Positions 9,493 to 19,132 of a DNA stretch of 64,000 nt are shown here, piece by piece. How positions within the stretch are numbered: position 1 is the first letter of the stretch; each line of letters opens with the position of its first letter. The stretch is from the NCBI GenBank assembly GCA_965213925.1, contig OZ243927.1, positions 1,536,001 through 1,600,000 on the forward strand. Direction: 5' to 3'. The DNA comes from Trueperaceae bacterium. GTDB lineage: Bacteria > Deinococcota > Deinococci > Deinococcales > Trueperaceae. Made by a program: the position numbers and the translations under genes. A model generated the notes under the pieces. It was not told the DNA's origin, did no database searches, and saw only the letters and a list, made by a program, of their open reading frames with translations.

Positions 9493-12050
9493 CGCTCACG
9501 GTTCCTGAATTCTCCCTCGTCATTTTGGTGGGCGCGTCGGGCGCGGGCAAATCACGCTTTGCGGCGGAGCACTTCAAACCGACTGAGGTCATCTCCTCGG
9601 ACGCCTGCCGCGCCGCTATCAGCGACAATGAAAACGACCTCTCGGTCACGAAAGACGCCTTCGAGTTGGTGCGTTACGTCGCGGCGAAGCGGCTCGAGCA
9701 TCGGCGCTTGACCGTCATCGATGCGACCAGCGTGCGGCGCGAAGACCGCGCCTCCTTGCTGCAACTCGCCCGCACGTATCACTGCCTCGCGGCGGCCATC
9801 GTCTTCGACTTGCCCGAACCCCTCCTCCAAGAGCGCAACGCGGCGCGTCCCGAACGCGACTTCGGTCCTCACGTCGTGCGCAACCAGACCCGGCAGCTCA
9901 GGCGTTCGCTCAAGGGGCTCAAGCGCGAGGGATTTCGCTACGTGCATGTGCTGGGCTCGCCCGAAGAGGTCGCGGCGGTCCAGGTGCAGCGCCACGCGCT
10001 CTGGACGAACAGGCGAGAGGAGCGGGGTCCTTTTGACATCGTCGGGGATGTACACGGGTGCTGCGACGAGTTGGAAGGGTTGTTAGACAAGCTCGGTTAC
10101 ACCTGGACGGAGCGAGAGGGGTTTTATCCGCGTCTTTACGCGCACCCCGAAGGGCGCAGAGCGGTCTTTCTCGGCGATTTGACGGACCGAGGACCGCGTA
10201 ATCTGGACAGCTTAGACCTCGTCAAGGCGATGACCGAAGCGGGTCACGCGCTCTGCGTGCCGGGCAATCACGACGTCAAGCTGCTCAAGCGGTTGCGCGC
10301 TCAAGAGGTCAAGCTGAAGCATGGGTTGGAGAGGACCGTCGCCGAACTCGAGGCGCTTCCCGAAGCGGTGCGTCCCGCCTTCGAACGTGAGATAGCGAGC
10401 TTTTTAGGCGGGCTCGTCAGTCACTACGTGTTAGATGACGGCAAGCTCGTCGTGGCACATGCGGGGCTTACAGAAGACCTGCAAGGTCGCGCCTCGGGCG
10501 CGGTGCGCGCCTTCGCGCTCTTCGGCGACACGACGGGGGAGCCCGACGAGTACGGGCTCCCGGTGCGGCGCAACTGGGCGGCGGACTACCGGGGCGAGGC
10601 GCTCGTCGTCTACGGCCACACGCCCGTGGCGGAGCCGCTTCACCTCAACCACACGGTCAATATCGACACGGGTTGCGTCTTCGGCGGCGCGCTCACGGCG
10701 CTCCGTTACCCGGAGATGGAGACGGTTTCTGTCCTCGCAAGAGAGGTCTACGCCGAAAGTGCGCGTCCGTTCCTTCCCGCTACGGAGGCGCGTCCGGCGG
10801 ACGTCCTCGAGATCGGAGACGTGCTCGGCAAACGCCAAATTACTACGCGGCTGCGCAAAAGCGTCACCGTTCGCGAGGAGAACGCCGCCGCCGCGTTAGA
10901 GGTCATGAGCCGCGCCGCCGTGGACCCCAAGTGGCTCATCTACTTGCCGCCGACGATGGCCGCTCCCCAAACCTCGAGACGCCAGGAGCTGTTAGAGCAT
11001 CCCGATGAAGCCTTCGCTAGTTACCACCGCGAAGGGGTCCGAGAGGTCGTGTGCCAAGAGAAACACATGGGCTCGCGCGCCGTCCTCGTCCTCTGCCGCA
11101 ACCAAGAGGTCGCGGCGCGGCGCTTCGGCGTGACGGACGGGCGTTACGGTGTCCTCTACACGCGCACGGGGCGACCTTTCTTCTCGAACCCTTCTTTGGA
11201 GGACGCTTTGCTCGCCCGCGTCCGCGCCTCTCTGGATGAAACGACCTTCTGGGAAGACTTGCAGACCGACTGGGTCTGCTTAGACGCCGAACTCATGCCC
11301 TGGTCTGCGAAGGCGCAGCGGCTCCTAGAGGAGCAGTACGCGGCAGTGGGAACGGCGGCGGAGCACGCCTTGAGTGAGACGCTTTCGGTGCTCGAGCAGG
11401 CTGAGGCGCGGGGGCTCGGGTTCACCTTGCGAGAAGAGACGACGAAGCGGCTTGAAAGCGTCACGCGTTACCGCGAGGCGTACCGGCGCTACTGCTGGAA
11501 CGTCGCGTCAGTAGACGACCTAAAGCTCGCCCCGTTTCACCTCTTGGCGACCGAGGGCGCGGTCCATATGGACCAAACGCACGTGTGGCACATGGAGACG
11601 CTGGCGAAGTATCTGCGCGGTCCCTCTTTGCAGAATACAGCGTTCATAAGGGTCAACTTAGAGGACGACGAGAGCGTCGCTAGCGCGGTGACTTGGTGGG
11701 AAACGCTGACGACGCAAGGGGGCGAGGGCATGGTGGTGAAGCCGCTCGAGTTCATCGCCGAAGGTCGACCCAGTGGAAGGGAGAGGCGAACGCTCGTTCA
11801 GCCCGCCATCAAGGTGCGAGGTCGAGAGTATCTCAGGCTCATCTACGGTCCGGAGTACACGCTGCCGCAGCACCTAGAGCGGTTGAGGGCGCGCAGCGTG
11901 TCCGCAAAGCGCTCATTGGCACTTCGCGAATTCGCATTAGGTATAGAGGCGCTAGAGCGCTTCGTGAACGGGAACCCCTTCTACCGCGTGCATGAATGTG
12001 TTTTCGGAGTGCTCGCGTTGGAGAGTGAGCCGGTGGACCCAAGGCTATAA
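9489..12050 (+). CDS. pnkp: Polynucleotide kinase-phosphatase-ligase Pnkp
   Basis: P-loop GASGAGKS; metallophosphatase GDVHG, GDLTDRG, GNHD; ligase motif EKHMGSR, EGMVVKP; C-terminus EPVDPRL. Confidence 0.95.
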   Translation: MTLTVPEFSLVILVGASGAGKSRFAAEHFKPTEVISSDACRAAISDNENDLSVTKDAFELVRYVAAKRLEHRRLTVIDATSVRREDRASLLQLARTYHCLAAAIVFDLPEPLLQERNAARPERDFGPHVVRNQTRQLRRSLKGLKREGFRYVHVLGSPEEVAAVQVQRHALWTNRREERGPFDIVGDVHGCCDELEGLLDKLGYTWTEREGFYPRLYAHPEGRRAVFLGDLTDRGPRNLDSLDLVKAMTEAGHALCVPGNHDVKLLKRLRAQEVKLKHGLERTVAELEALPEAVRPAFEREIASFLGGLVSHYVLDDGKLVVAHAGLTEDLQGRASGAVRAFALFGDTTGEPDEYGLPVRRNWAADYRGEALVVYGHTPVAEPLHLNHTVNIDTGCVFGGALTALRYPEMETVSVLAREVYAESARPFLPATEARPADVLEIGDVLGKRQITTRLRKSVTVREENAAAALEVMSRAAVDPKWLIYLPPTMAAPQTSRRQELLEHPDEAFASYHREGVREVVCQEKHMGSRAVLVLCRNQEVAARRFGVTDGRYGVLYTRTGRPFFSNPSLEDALLARVRASLDETTFWEDLQTDWVCLDAELMPWSAKAQRLLEEQYAAVGTAAEHALSETLSVLEQAEARGLGFTLREETTKRLESVTRYREAYRRYCWNVASVDDLKLAPFHLLATEGAVHMDQTHVWHMETLAKYLRGPSLQNTAFIRVNLEDDESVASAVTWWETLTTQGGEGMVVKPLEFIAEGRPSGRERRTLVQPAIKVRGREYLRLIYGPEYTLPQHLERLRARSVSAKRSLALREFALGIEALERFVNGNPFYRVHECVFGVLALESEPVDPRL

Positions 12051-12088
12051 GCAATGAGCAATGAGTCTAAAGATTTTCACTCATTGCT
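12049..12088. repeat. Heptamer (GCAATGA) hairpin repeat, copy 1
   Basis: AAGCAATGAGCAATGAGTCTAAAG...CTCATTGCT, nearly identical to 34983-35029. Confidence 0.7.
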
Positions 12089-12094
12089 ATTAAT

Positions 12095-12285
12095 TACAGC
12101 GTCAAATAAGAAATAAGACATGTCATTCTGAACGGAGCCCTACGGCGAGCGTAGGATAGACTCCGCGGAGTGAAAGAATCTCGTCTTCCAATCTCGACTA
12201 GTTGGGATTGTAAGACGAGACCCCTCGACTGCGCTGCGCTCCACTCGGGGTGACAACAGTGTTACAAAACTTAACTGACAGTGTA
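12095..12285. mobile_element. MITE-like element carrying a REP-like doublet, copy 3
   Basis: TACAGCGTCA ... TGACAGTGTA, flanked by TTAAT on both sides (12090-12094, 12286-12290). Internal sequence closely matches copy 2. Confidence 0.8.
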
Positions 12286-12324
12286 TTAATCAGCGCCGCA
12301 AGTCAAGCCCAGAGGACGCTAGCG

Positions 12325-13209
12325 CTACCTGCATAATGTCTCCACCAAACCCGGCAAGACCTCGCCTAACCTGGCGTCCACACACAAGCAAGCGTCCTTG
12401 TCACCCCGCGTCGGACCTGCGTTGATAATCACTACGGGTTTGTTCTCTTTCGCCGCGCGCGCCACGAAGCGGTAGCCCGAAAAGACCGTCAGTGACGAGC
12501 CGACGACGAGGAGAACGTCGGCTTGCTCGTACATGGTCCACGCCCTCAGAACGCGCGCTTTCGGCACGTTTTCGCCGAAGAAAACCACGTCCGGTTTGAG
12601 GACGCCGCCGCAGCGTGAACAAGCTGGGACGTTGAAGTGGCGGATCGCCGCTTCGGACACCTCCGCGTCGCCGTCGGGCGCGATGTCGGTGGCGCTGACG
12701 TGCAGGGCGGGATTAGCCGCGCGCATCCTCTCCTGTAACTTCCGCCGCGACTCCACGCCGCGGCACCCCAAGCAGCGCACGGCGGCTAAGCTGCCGTGGA
12801 GTTCTAAGACGTTGCGGCTGCCCGCCGCTTGGTGGAGCCCGTCCACGTTTTGGGTGATGAGCCCGGTGAAGCCGTGCCCCTCTCTAGACTGTAAACGGGT
12901 TTCTAGCTGCGCCAGCGCCTTGTGCCCCGCATTAGGCCGCGCCTTATAGACGCGCTGCCAACCGCGAAAGCTCCGCGCCCAGTAGCGCTGCCGCGCCGCC
13001 TCGCTGCCGACGAACTGCTGGTAACGCATAGGGTTACGCGGCTTTTTCGAGCTTTCGGGTCCCCTGTAGTCGGGGATGCCCGACTCGGTGCTGATGCCCG
13101 CGCCGGAGAGGACGAGCACGCGGCGTCCTTGCAGATGTGAGCTGAGCTGGGGTAGGGTCTCTTGTAAGCTGGGGAGAGCACTCTGTACGTACACCTTGTA
13201 GGATAACAA
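12325..13209 (-). CDS. NAD-dependent protein deacylase (sirtuin, class II/SIRT4-like)
   Basis: GAGISTESGIPDYRG, TQNVDGLH, ELHGS, two CxxC motifs, LKPDVVFFGE, GSSL. Start uncertain. Confidence 0.92.
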   Translation of the reverse strand: MLSYKVYVQSALPSLQETLPQLSSHLQGRRVLVLSGAGISTESGIPDYRGPESSKKPRNPMRYQQFVGSEAARQRYWARSFRGWQRVYKARPNAGHKALAQLETRLQSREGHGFTGLITQNVDGLHQAAGSRNVLELHGSLAAVRCLGCRGVESRRKLQERMRAANPALHVSATDIAPDGDAEVSEAAIRHFNVPACSRCGGVLKPDVVFFGENVPKARVLRAWTMYEQADVLLVVGSSLTVFSGYRFVARAAKENKPVVIINAGPTRGDKDACLCVDARLGEVLPGLVETLCR

Positions 13210-13448
13210 GCGGGGCGTCGGTGCGGTGCTTCCCTGCCGACATGCGTAGGGTGACCTAATTATTCAAAAGGTCATCTGAAAATGACCTCGAGCATAGTAC
13301 CAACAGAGCCGTCTAAGCGTGGTCTACGCGGGGTGAGAGTCCTACTATACGCAGGCTGATGTTGAACCAACCCTCGCGCAGCGGCGGGGTGCTATCATCT
13401 GTCACTTACAAAATCTTGTATACTTGCTAAGTTTATGTTATCGGCATT

Positions 13449-14726
13449 ATGAGCCGATATACCGGGTTAAGAAAGTTCAGGTCTGTGCCAGAATCCATCA
13501 CCAACGATATATCAAGGGGTGCGGAGCCGCATTTGAGGGATGACGAGGTCTCTTTACGGGAGCTTTATCTCATCTTTAAGCGCGGGCTTCCCTGGGTCGT
13601 CGGGGCGGCGCTCCTCGCGGGCGCGCTGGCGTTTGCGCTCACGCTCCGGCATACGCCCGTCTTCGTAGCGAGCGCGTCTGTGCTGGTCTCGCCGCTGCCC
13701 GTGGAGGGCGAGCCCGCCGAAGCGGTGCAGCGCCTGAGCCTCGAGCGGAGCGGCGAGGTCCCCTTCGAGGTGTACCGCGAGCTTGCCAGAAGCGAGGCGG
13801 TGCTCTCGGACGCGCTCAGCCGTGTGAAGGACGCCGATACGGATATGAGCGCTGCGGCGCTTAGGGCGGCGGGAGGCTTGCGGCGAGACACCAGACCGAA
13901 CCAGACGGGCAGCGACGCTTTGGTCGTCACACACATCCTCACCCTCCCCGACCCCGAGCGTGCAGCGGCGCTCGCGGACGCTTGGGCGCAGAGCGCGGTG
14001 GCGGCGGTCCACAATCTGCGCTCAGCGACCTTAACCGAAATCGAGGAGGCGACGGGCGCAGCGGCGTTGCAGCTCGAGGAGACCCTGCAGCGCGCCGAAA
14101 CGCAGCTGCGAGACTTCCGGGTGCAAAACGGGGGCGACCTCGCAGCCGCTAGAGCCGAAGGGCTGACCGCCGAACTGGTCGAAGGCGAGGCGGAACTCCG
14201 GGCGTTATCGAGACGGATTGACGCCTCGAGAGCGCGGCTAGAAACGCTGCGCGCCCAGCGCCAGACGAACACGCCGAGCCGCGTGAGCGACGTGCAACGC
14301 GAAGAGATCGCCCTGAGCGGACTTCTCGCGGAGCAGGAGAGCTTGCAGGCGCAACTGCAGGACATTGAGGCGACGCTCCAAACTGAGCCCGCCGCCGAAT
14401 CGGGGCAGAGAGGGCGTCAGCTAGGGCGCGCCGTAGAACGCGCCCGAACCGCCTTTCAGCGCGTTACGGACGCGCAAGTACGCGCCGCCTATCTGCGCGA
14501 CATCATCCCGAGCACCGCGCAACTCCTAGACCGCGCGAGCGTGCCCAACGCGCCCGTAGACGCGCCGGGTGCTTCACGTATCGTTCTCGCCGCCCTCGCA
14601 GGCGCACTGCTCGCCACTTTGGTTATCTTTTTACGGGCTGCGATCACGCCGCCCAAGCTGTCACCACGTCAACCTTCCCCTTCCCAGATCAACCCATCCC
14701 AACCCATCCCAGAAAGCAGAGGTTAA
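13449..14726 (+). CDS. Wzz/GumC-like polysaccharide chain-length/export protein
   Basis: DEVSLRELY motif, a TM helix near each end and a central coiled coil; upstream of ugd. Confidence 0.8.
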   Translation: MSRYTGLRKFRSVPESITNDISRGAEPHLRDDEVSLRELYLIFKRGLPWVVGAALLAGALAFALTLRHTPVFVASASVLVSPLPVEGEPAEAVQRLSLERSGEVPFEVYRELARSEAVLSDALSRVKDADTDMSAAALRAAGGLRRDTRPNQTGSDALVVTHILTLPDPERAAALADAWAQSAVAAVHNLRSATLTEIEEATGAAALQLEETLQRAETQLRDFRVQNGGDLAAARAEGLTAELVEGEAELRALSRRIDASRARLETLRAQRQTNTPSRVSDVQREEIALSGLLAEQESLQAQLQDIEATLQTEPAAESGQRGRQLGRAVERARTAFQRVTDAQVRAAYLRDIIPSTAQLLDRASVPNAPVDAPGASRIVLAALAGALLATLVIFLRAAITPPKLSPRQPSPSQINPSQPIPESRG

Positions 14727-14728
14727 GC

Positions 14729-16084
14729 ATGAACGTCACCATCATCGGAACAGGCTACGTCGGACTCACCACGGGCGTCGCCCTCGCCTACTTAGGTCAC
14801 AACGTCACCTGCGTGGACAAAAACCCTAGAATCGTTGAAACGCTCAAGACGGGCACCTCCACCATTCACGAGCCCGGCTTAGAGGAGCTTTTGCGGAGCG
14901 CCAAAAGCCGTTTGCGCTTCCAGGCGGACATTCCCGCCTTAAAAGGCGAAGGCGTCGTGTTTATCGCCGTGGGGACGCCGACGAAAGGCAACGGCGACGC
15001 GGACTTGCAGTACGTCGACGCCGCCGCTAAAGAGGTCGCCGAGCGCATCGAGCCGGGGGCGCAACTCGTCGTCGTGAACAAATCCACCGTGCCTGTGGGC
15101 AGCGCGCGGCACGTGGAAGGAATTTTAGAGCGCACCTTAGAAAAACAGGGCGTCGAAGCCTTCGTCTCGGTCGCCTCGAACCCTGAGTTTCTCGCCGAGG
15201 GCAAAGCCGTTCACGACACGCTCTACCCCGACCGCGTGGTCATCGGCGCAGACGGCGCGACCGCCGTCGGGATGCTCCGCGAACTCTACGCGCCCCTCTT
15301 AGAGCAGACGTTCGACGCCCCCAGCGAAACGCCCCGCCCCGAGCGCTACCCGCTGCCCTCTTTAATCACCACCACGCCCACGAGCGCCGAGCTGACCAAA
15401 TACGCCGCCAACTCCTTTCTGGCGACCAAAATTAGCTTCATCAACGAGTTTGCAGGCTTAGCCGAGCACATCGGTGCGGACATCACCCAAGTGGCGCGCG
15501 CCATCGGCTTGGACACGCGCATCGGTCCCAAGTTTTTGAACGCGGGCATCGGCTGGGGCGGCTCCTGCTTCGGCAAAGATACAAAAGCGATCATCGCCAC
15601 CGCCAAAGGCTACGACTACGACATGTCCATCGTCGAGTCGGCGATTCACGTCAACCAGAAGCAGCGCCTGCACATCATCGACCGCCTGCAAAAGCACCTC
15701 AAGGTCTTGCGTGGCACGACCATCGGTCTCCTCGGTCTCGCCTTCAAAGGCAACACCGACGACCTGCGCGACGCGCCCGCGCTGACCTTGATCGAGCACC
15801 TGCACGAGCGCGGCGCGGTCATCCGCGTCCACGATCCCATCGCGATGGCGAACGCCCGTAGGCTCTACCCCGACTTGCCCGTCGAATACTGCGAAGACGT
15901 CGAGTGTCTCTCGATGGGCTGCGACGCGCTCGTCGTCGTGACTGACTGGCAGGAGTACAAGCACCTGCCCCTAGAGGAGATCAAAGCGCGGATGCGCGGC
16001 GACTTGATCATGGACGCTCGCAACATGCTCAACCCGAGTGAGGTTGAGGAGCAGGGGATGACGTATGTAGGGGTAGGGAAGTAG
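14729..16084 (+). CDS. ugd: UDP-glucose/GDP-mannose dehydrogenase family protein
   Basis: GTGYVG, AVGTP, NKSTVP, SNPEFL, GGSCFGKD, FKGNTDDLR. Confidence 0.93.
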   Translation: MNVTIIGTGYVGLTTGVALAYLGHNVTCVDKNPRIVETLKTGTSTIHEPGLEELLRSAKSRLRFQADIPALKGEGVVFIAVGTPTKGNGDADLQYVDAAAKEVAERIEPGAQLVVVNKSTVPVGSARHVEGILERTLEKQGVEAFVSVASNPEFLAEGKAVHDTLYPDRVVIGADGATAVGMLRELYAPLLEQTFDAPSETPRPERYPLPSLITTTPTSAELTKYAANSFLATKISFINEFAGLAEHIGADITQVARAIGLDTRIGPKFLNAGIGWGGSCFGKDTKAIIATAKGYDYDMSIVESAIHVNQKQRLHIIDRLQKHLKVLRGTTIGLLGLAFKGNTDDLRDAPALTLIEHLHERGAVIRVHDPIAMANARRLYPDLPVEYCEDVECLSMGCDALVVVTDWQEYKHLPLEEIKARMRGDLIMDARNMLNPSEVEEQGMTYVGVGK

Positions 16085-16115
16085 CTGTAGATTTGACTTA
16101 AAATATGGTAGTGGT

Positions 16116-16594
16116 TCAATCCCGAATGATCTCCAGGTTGTAACGGACGAGGAAGCGGTGTAGACAGGTAAGATGCATATGCTCGGACTTAGAGAATGCC
16201 AACGTCTTGCTCGCTTCGTGCGCAAGACGTTGCCTGAGTGCGTTGTTGAAGCGCTCAACGTGGGAAGTAAGACCTGTAGCTTTACTGACAGCTTGGTGGT
16301 GTTCGTCTGGCAGTACGCTCTGATAGGCTTCCCAGAAGTCACTATAGCAGAGCCCTTGCTTGTAGTTTTCAGGAATGCCCTTCCAGAGTTGCTTACAGGT
16401 GGCTGCGCCGCGCCCACCTATGACGCAAGCAACCACTTGACGAGTCTGCTTGCATAAAGCGATCCACACCCAGCGTTTCTTCGCTTTCTTCTGCACAAAC
16501 GAGTGCAACTCATCAAGCTCTAGCTCCACGCGCTGAGGAACATCGAACCTGACAAGGGTGTCTTTCAGTGCGGGGAGTTTTCTTCGTTTTTTTT
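16116..16594 (-). CDS. insB: IS1 InsB DDE transposase domain (expressed by frameshift)
   Basis: ELDELHSFV, WVWIA, YSDFWEAY, HVERFN. Carries a microinversion (see findings). Confidence 0.88.
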
Positions 16595-16843
16595 GAGCCA
16601 GCGACTCACCGTGCTACGCGCCACCCCGAAGGTGCGCTCAAGCCCTCTTAAACTGGAACGCTCCTCATACGCGCTTAAAATCTCCTCTTTGCGCGGCTCA
16701 GTGTGGCCATTCGGACTCGGCTCCTCACGGCTCTGCTTTTTACAGTCCTTACAGCGATACTTCTGCTTCCCATTCGGCGCTACGCCGTTCTTGACGATGT
16801 TCTCGCTGTCGCAGTGGTAACAGGTGAGTGTCTTCGTAACCAT
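16565..16843 (-). CDS. insA: IS1 InsA-like zinc-ribbon/HTH protein
   Basis: CYHC...KQKYRCKDC zinc ribbon followed by an HTH. Confidence 0.88.
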   Translation of the reverse strand: MVTKTLTCYHCDSENIVKNGVAPNGKQKYRCKDCKKQSREEPSPNGHTEPRKEEILSAYEERSSLRGLERTFGVARSTVSRWLKKNEENSPH

Positions 16844-16889
16844 GCCCTACTATAGCATTCGGGGTGCGACCACTACCAAAAATATTAAG

Positions 16890-16923
16890 GGCGCGGTTAG
16901 CTTAACCAACCGCGCCTCTTTTT
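16890..16923 (+). terminator. Intrinsic terminator of wzz-ugd, displaced downstream by IS1
   Basis: GGCGCGGTT-N9-AACCGCGCC followed by a T-tract. Confidence 0.7.
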
Positions 16924-16934
16924 GTATTCAATTT

Positions 16935-17989
16935 TATAGCATTTCCATTTCTCGCTGCTACAAGTTAAGCTGCTGCTATGCCAGCCTATTCACTAGACTT
17001 ACGCGAGCGGATTGTTGAGGCGGTTGAGGAAGGGCAGAATAAAAGTGCGGTAGCGAGACGCTTCGGGGTTAGCCGCTGGAGCGTACAGCGTTATGTTGAT
17101 AGAGCCGAGGCGGGAGAGCTAGCCGCAACGCCACACCCTGGAAAAGGGTACAAACTCAATGAGTATCATCATGAGATATTGCGTCAGCAAGTAGTTGAGC
17201 ATAACGACTGGACGTTAGAGCAGCACGCTGAGGCACTAGCTGAGGCTACCGGCATTGAACTCGCGAAGTCTACAGTAGACACTTACTTTCGTAGGTTAGG
17301 CATCAGTCGTAAAAAAAGAGCCTTTACCCACAGGTTAAGCGCATAGCGCGTTGCATCTGCGATGCTCATCTGTGCCGAGCGAGATGATGTAGCCAGAGTA
17401 CAGTGGCGTGAAGAGGTGGCGAAACTCGACCCTACGACGCTGGTGTTTCTCGATGAGACGAGGCTTACTTGAACCTCTCACGCAGCTATGGACGCGCTGC
17501 TACCAGTAAGCGCGTGATTGATCATGCGCCGAAAGGCAAAAAGGAGCGGGTCAGCCTCTTAGCCGCTGTAACCCTGCGCGGGCTCGAGGGCAAACACTGC
17601 CTGGTCCACCCTGAGAACGTCTCTACGAGGGCCTTCGGCAACAACAAGACCGCCTTTATCAGTTACCTCAAAACCCTGTTGCCTAATCTCAAAGTGGGCT
17701 CGGTGCTCGTGCTGGATAATTGGCGCGTGCATCAAGGACCTGATGTGCGTGACCTTGTAGCTAAATACAAATGCTCACTTCTTTACCTGCCTGCTTACTC
17801 CCCCGATTTCAATCCTATTGAACTGCTCTTCAGCAAGATTAAAGCCTTCGTCAAAAAGCTTCGACCTCTCGCTCTACCCGAGCTTATACAAGCCTTTGCT
17901 GATGCTGTCCTCTCTGTAACTTCTGACGATGCCAAAAACACCTTCGAACATTGCGGCTATGTGGGGCAGTGAAATATGGAAATGCTATT
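16935..17989 (+). mobile_element. IS630-family insertion sequence, inactivated
   Basis: IR TAGCATTTCCAT (16937) / ATGGAAATGCTA (17976-17987). ORF1 MPAYSLDLRER HTH, A7 frameshift site, DDE motifs FLDET, VLDN, LPAYSPDFNPIE. Has a 43-bp insertion and an extra indel. Confidence 0.9.
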
Positions 17990-17992
17990 AAT

Positions 17993-19132
17993 TCAATGCA
18001 CAGGTTCAAACAGCGTCAGGTTCAATCCCCAAACGACGACTTGACCTTTGTAGATGTGGACGAATGTCTCGGAGCTATGCGCCGCACGCTCGTCGGACGA
18101 AAAGCTCACCAGTTCGCCCGTGTCCACGTCAAGCGTGAAGAGCCGTCCGTTTGAGGCGTACAAGTTGCCCTCATATAACACCGGACGACCTGAAAATGTG
18201 TAACCCGCTGGAGTTTCCGAGGTGTCAAAGGTCCAGCGCAATTGACCGTTGGAGACGTTCATTGCAAGGATACACGATCCGCCTCCGTTGTTACGGTAGA
18301 TGATGCCGTCAACAGCGAGAAAAGCGAACGTAGTCTGGTAATGAGCGTCGTCACAGATGAGCGGGTCACTAATCCACACCTTCTGACCTGTCTGCAAGTC
18401 GTAAGCAATGTAGCGGCTCCACGCCTCGACAATCAGCCGTCCTGAGACGATTTCTGCATAGGTGCCTGTGTAGAGAGAGTCAATACCGGGATCATGAGTA
18501 CCGCTACGCCACAGTTCGTGCCCGTCGTCGCCAGAGAGCTTGAAGACGCTATCATCATAGTCGCCAGCGAAAAGTGTAACATATACGTCGCCTCGTTCGT
18601 CTACAGCTACTCCGCTAAGCATCTTAGGCTGCTCGCTTTGCCACAGCAGTGTGGGCTTCGCTGGATTACCAACATCGTATACGTAGAGCTGAGTACCGTT
18701 TGGAACGAAAAGCCTATCCCCTTGCAAGACCAGCCTTGCACCTGGAGTATTCCCGCCTGAAGTGCTGGAGTAAGGTATGGAGGCAAGCTCTGCGCCATCA
18801 AGGAGGTAGACGCGGAGACCATTTCCTATGTCATAGAAGAGATGCGTACCGTCGCTCACCACAGTAGGGCGAAACTTACTTCCCAATAAGGGTTCCTTCG
18901 ATTTCCAAAGGACGTTACCGTCCTCTAGGCTGACTGCCGTGAGATACCAGTTGCCGTCCTCACTATCTGTAAAACCCATGATTTGGTCTTGAACAATGAG
19001 GCTGTAGCCCAATCCATCTACTGGGGTAGACCAAATGACAGATGTCTCATTAGAAAACTCGCTTCGGGCGCAACTTATAAGGAGGATAGAAGCTGCGAGA
19101 AACAGCACCCCTCTTTGAAGAATGTTTGTCAT
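17993..19132 (-). CDS. PQQ-like beta-propeller repeat lipoprotein (BamB-like repeats)
   Basis: Lipobox LLISC; repeated GxxxW motifs (DGNVLWK, DGHELWR, TGQKVW, NGQLRW). Lower GC than flanks. Confidence 0.8.
   Translation of the reverse strand: MTNILQRGVLFLAASILLISCARSEFSNETSVIWSTPVDGLGYSLIVQDQIMGFTDSEDGNWYLTAVSLEDGNVLWKSKEPLLGSKFRPTVVSDGTHLFYDIGNGLRVYLLDGAELASIPYSSTSGGNTPGARLVLQGDRLFVPNGTQLYVYDVGNPAKPTLLWQSEQPKMLSGVAVDERGDVYVTLFAGDYDDSVFKLSGDDGHELWRSGTHDPGIDSLYTGTYAEIVSGRLIVEAWSRYIAYDLQTGQKVWISDPLICDDAHYQTTFAFLAVDGIIYRNNGGGSCILAMNVSNGQLRWTFDTSETPAGYTFSGRPVLYEGNLYASNGRLFTLDVDTGELVSFSSDERAAHSSETFVHIYKGQVVVWGLNLTLFEPVH

Larger units (their letters stand above)
16107..16877 (-). mobile_element. 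IS1-family insertion sequence (771 bp)
   Basis: IRs GGTAGTGGTTCAATCCCGAATG / GGTAGTGGTCGCACCCCGAATG (18/22 identical). Imperfect 8-bp target duplication TAAAATAT/AAAAATAT. insA/insB joined at an A8 slippery run (16587-16594). Confidence 0.93.

Noticed and set aside
12325..13209. Sirtuin as an anti-phage SIR2 effector
   Set aside because: It has the full zinc-binding, deacylase-type motif set of housekeeping class II sirtuins and no defence partner domain.
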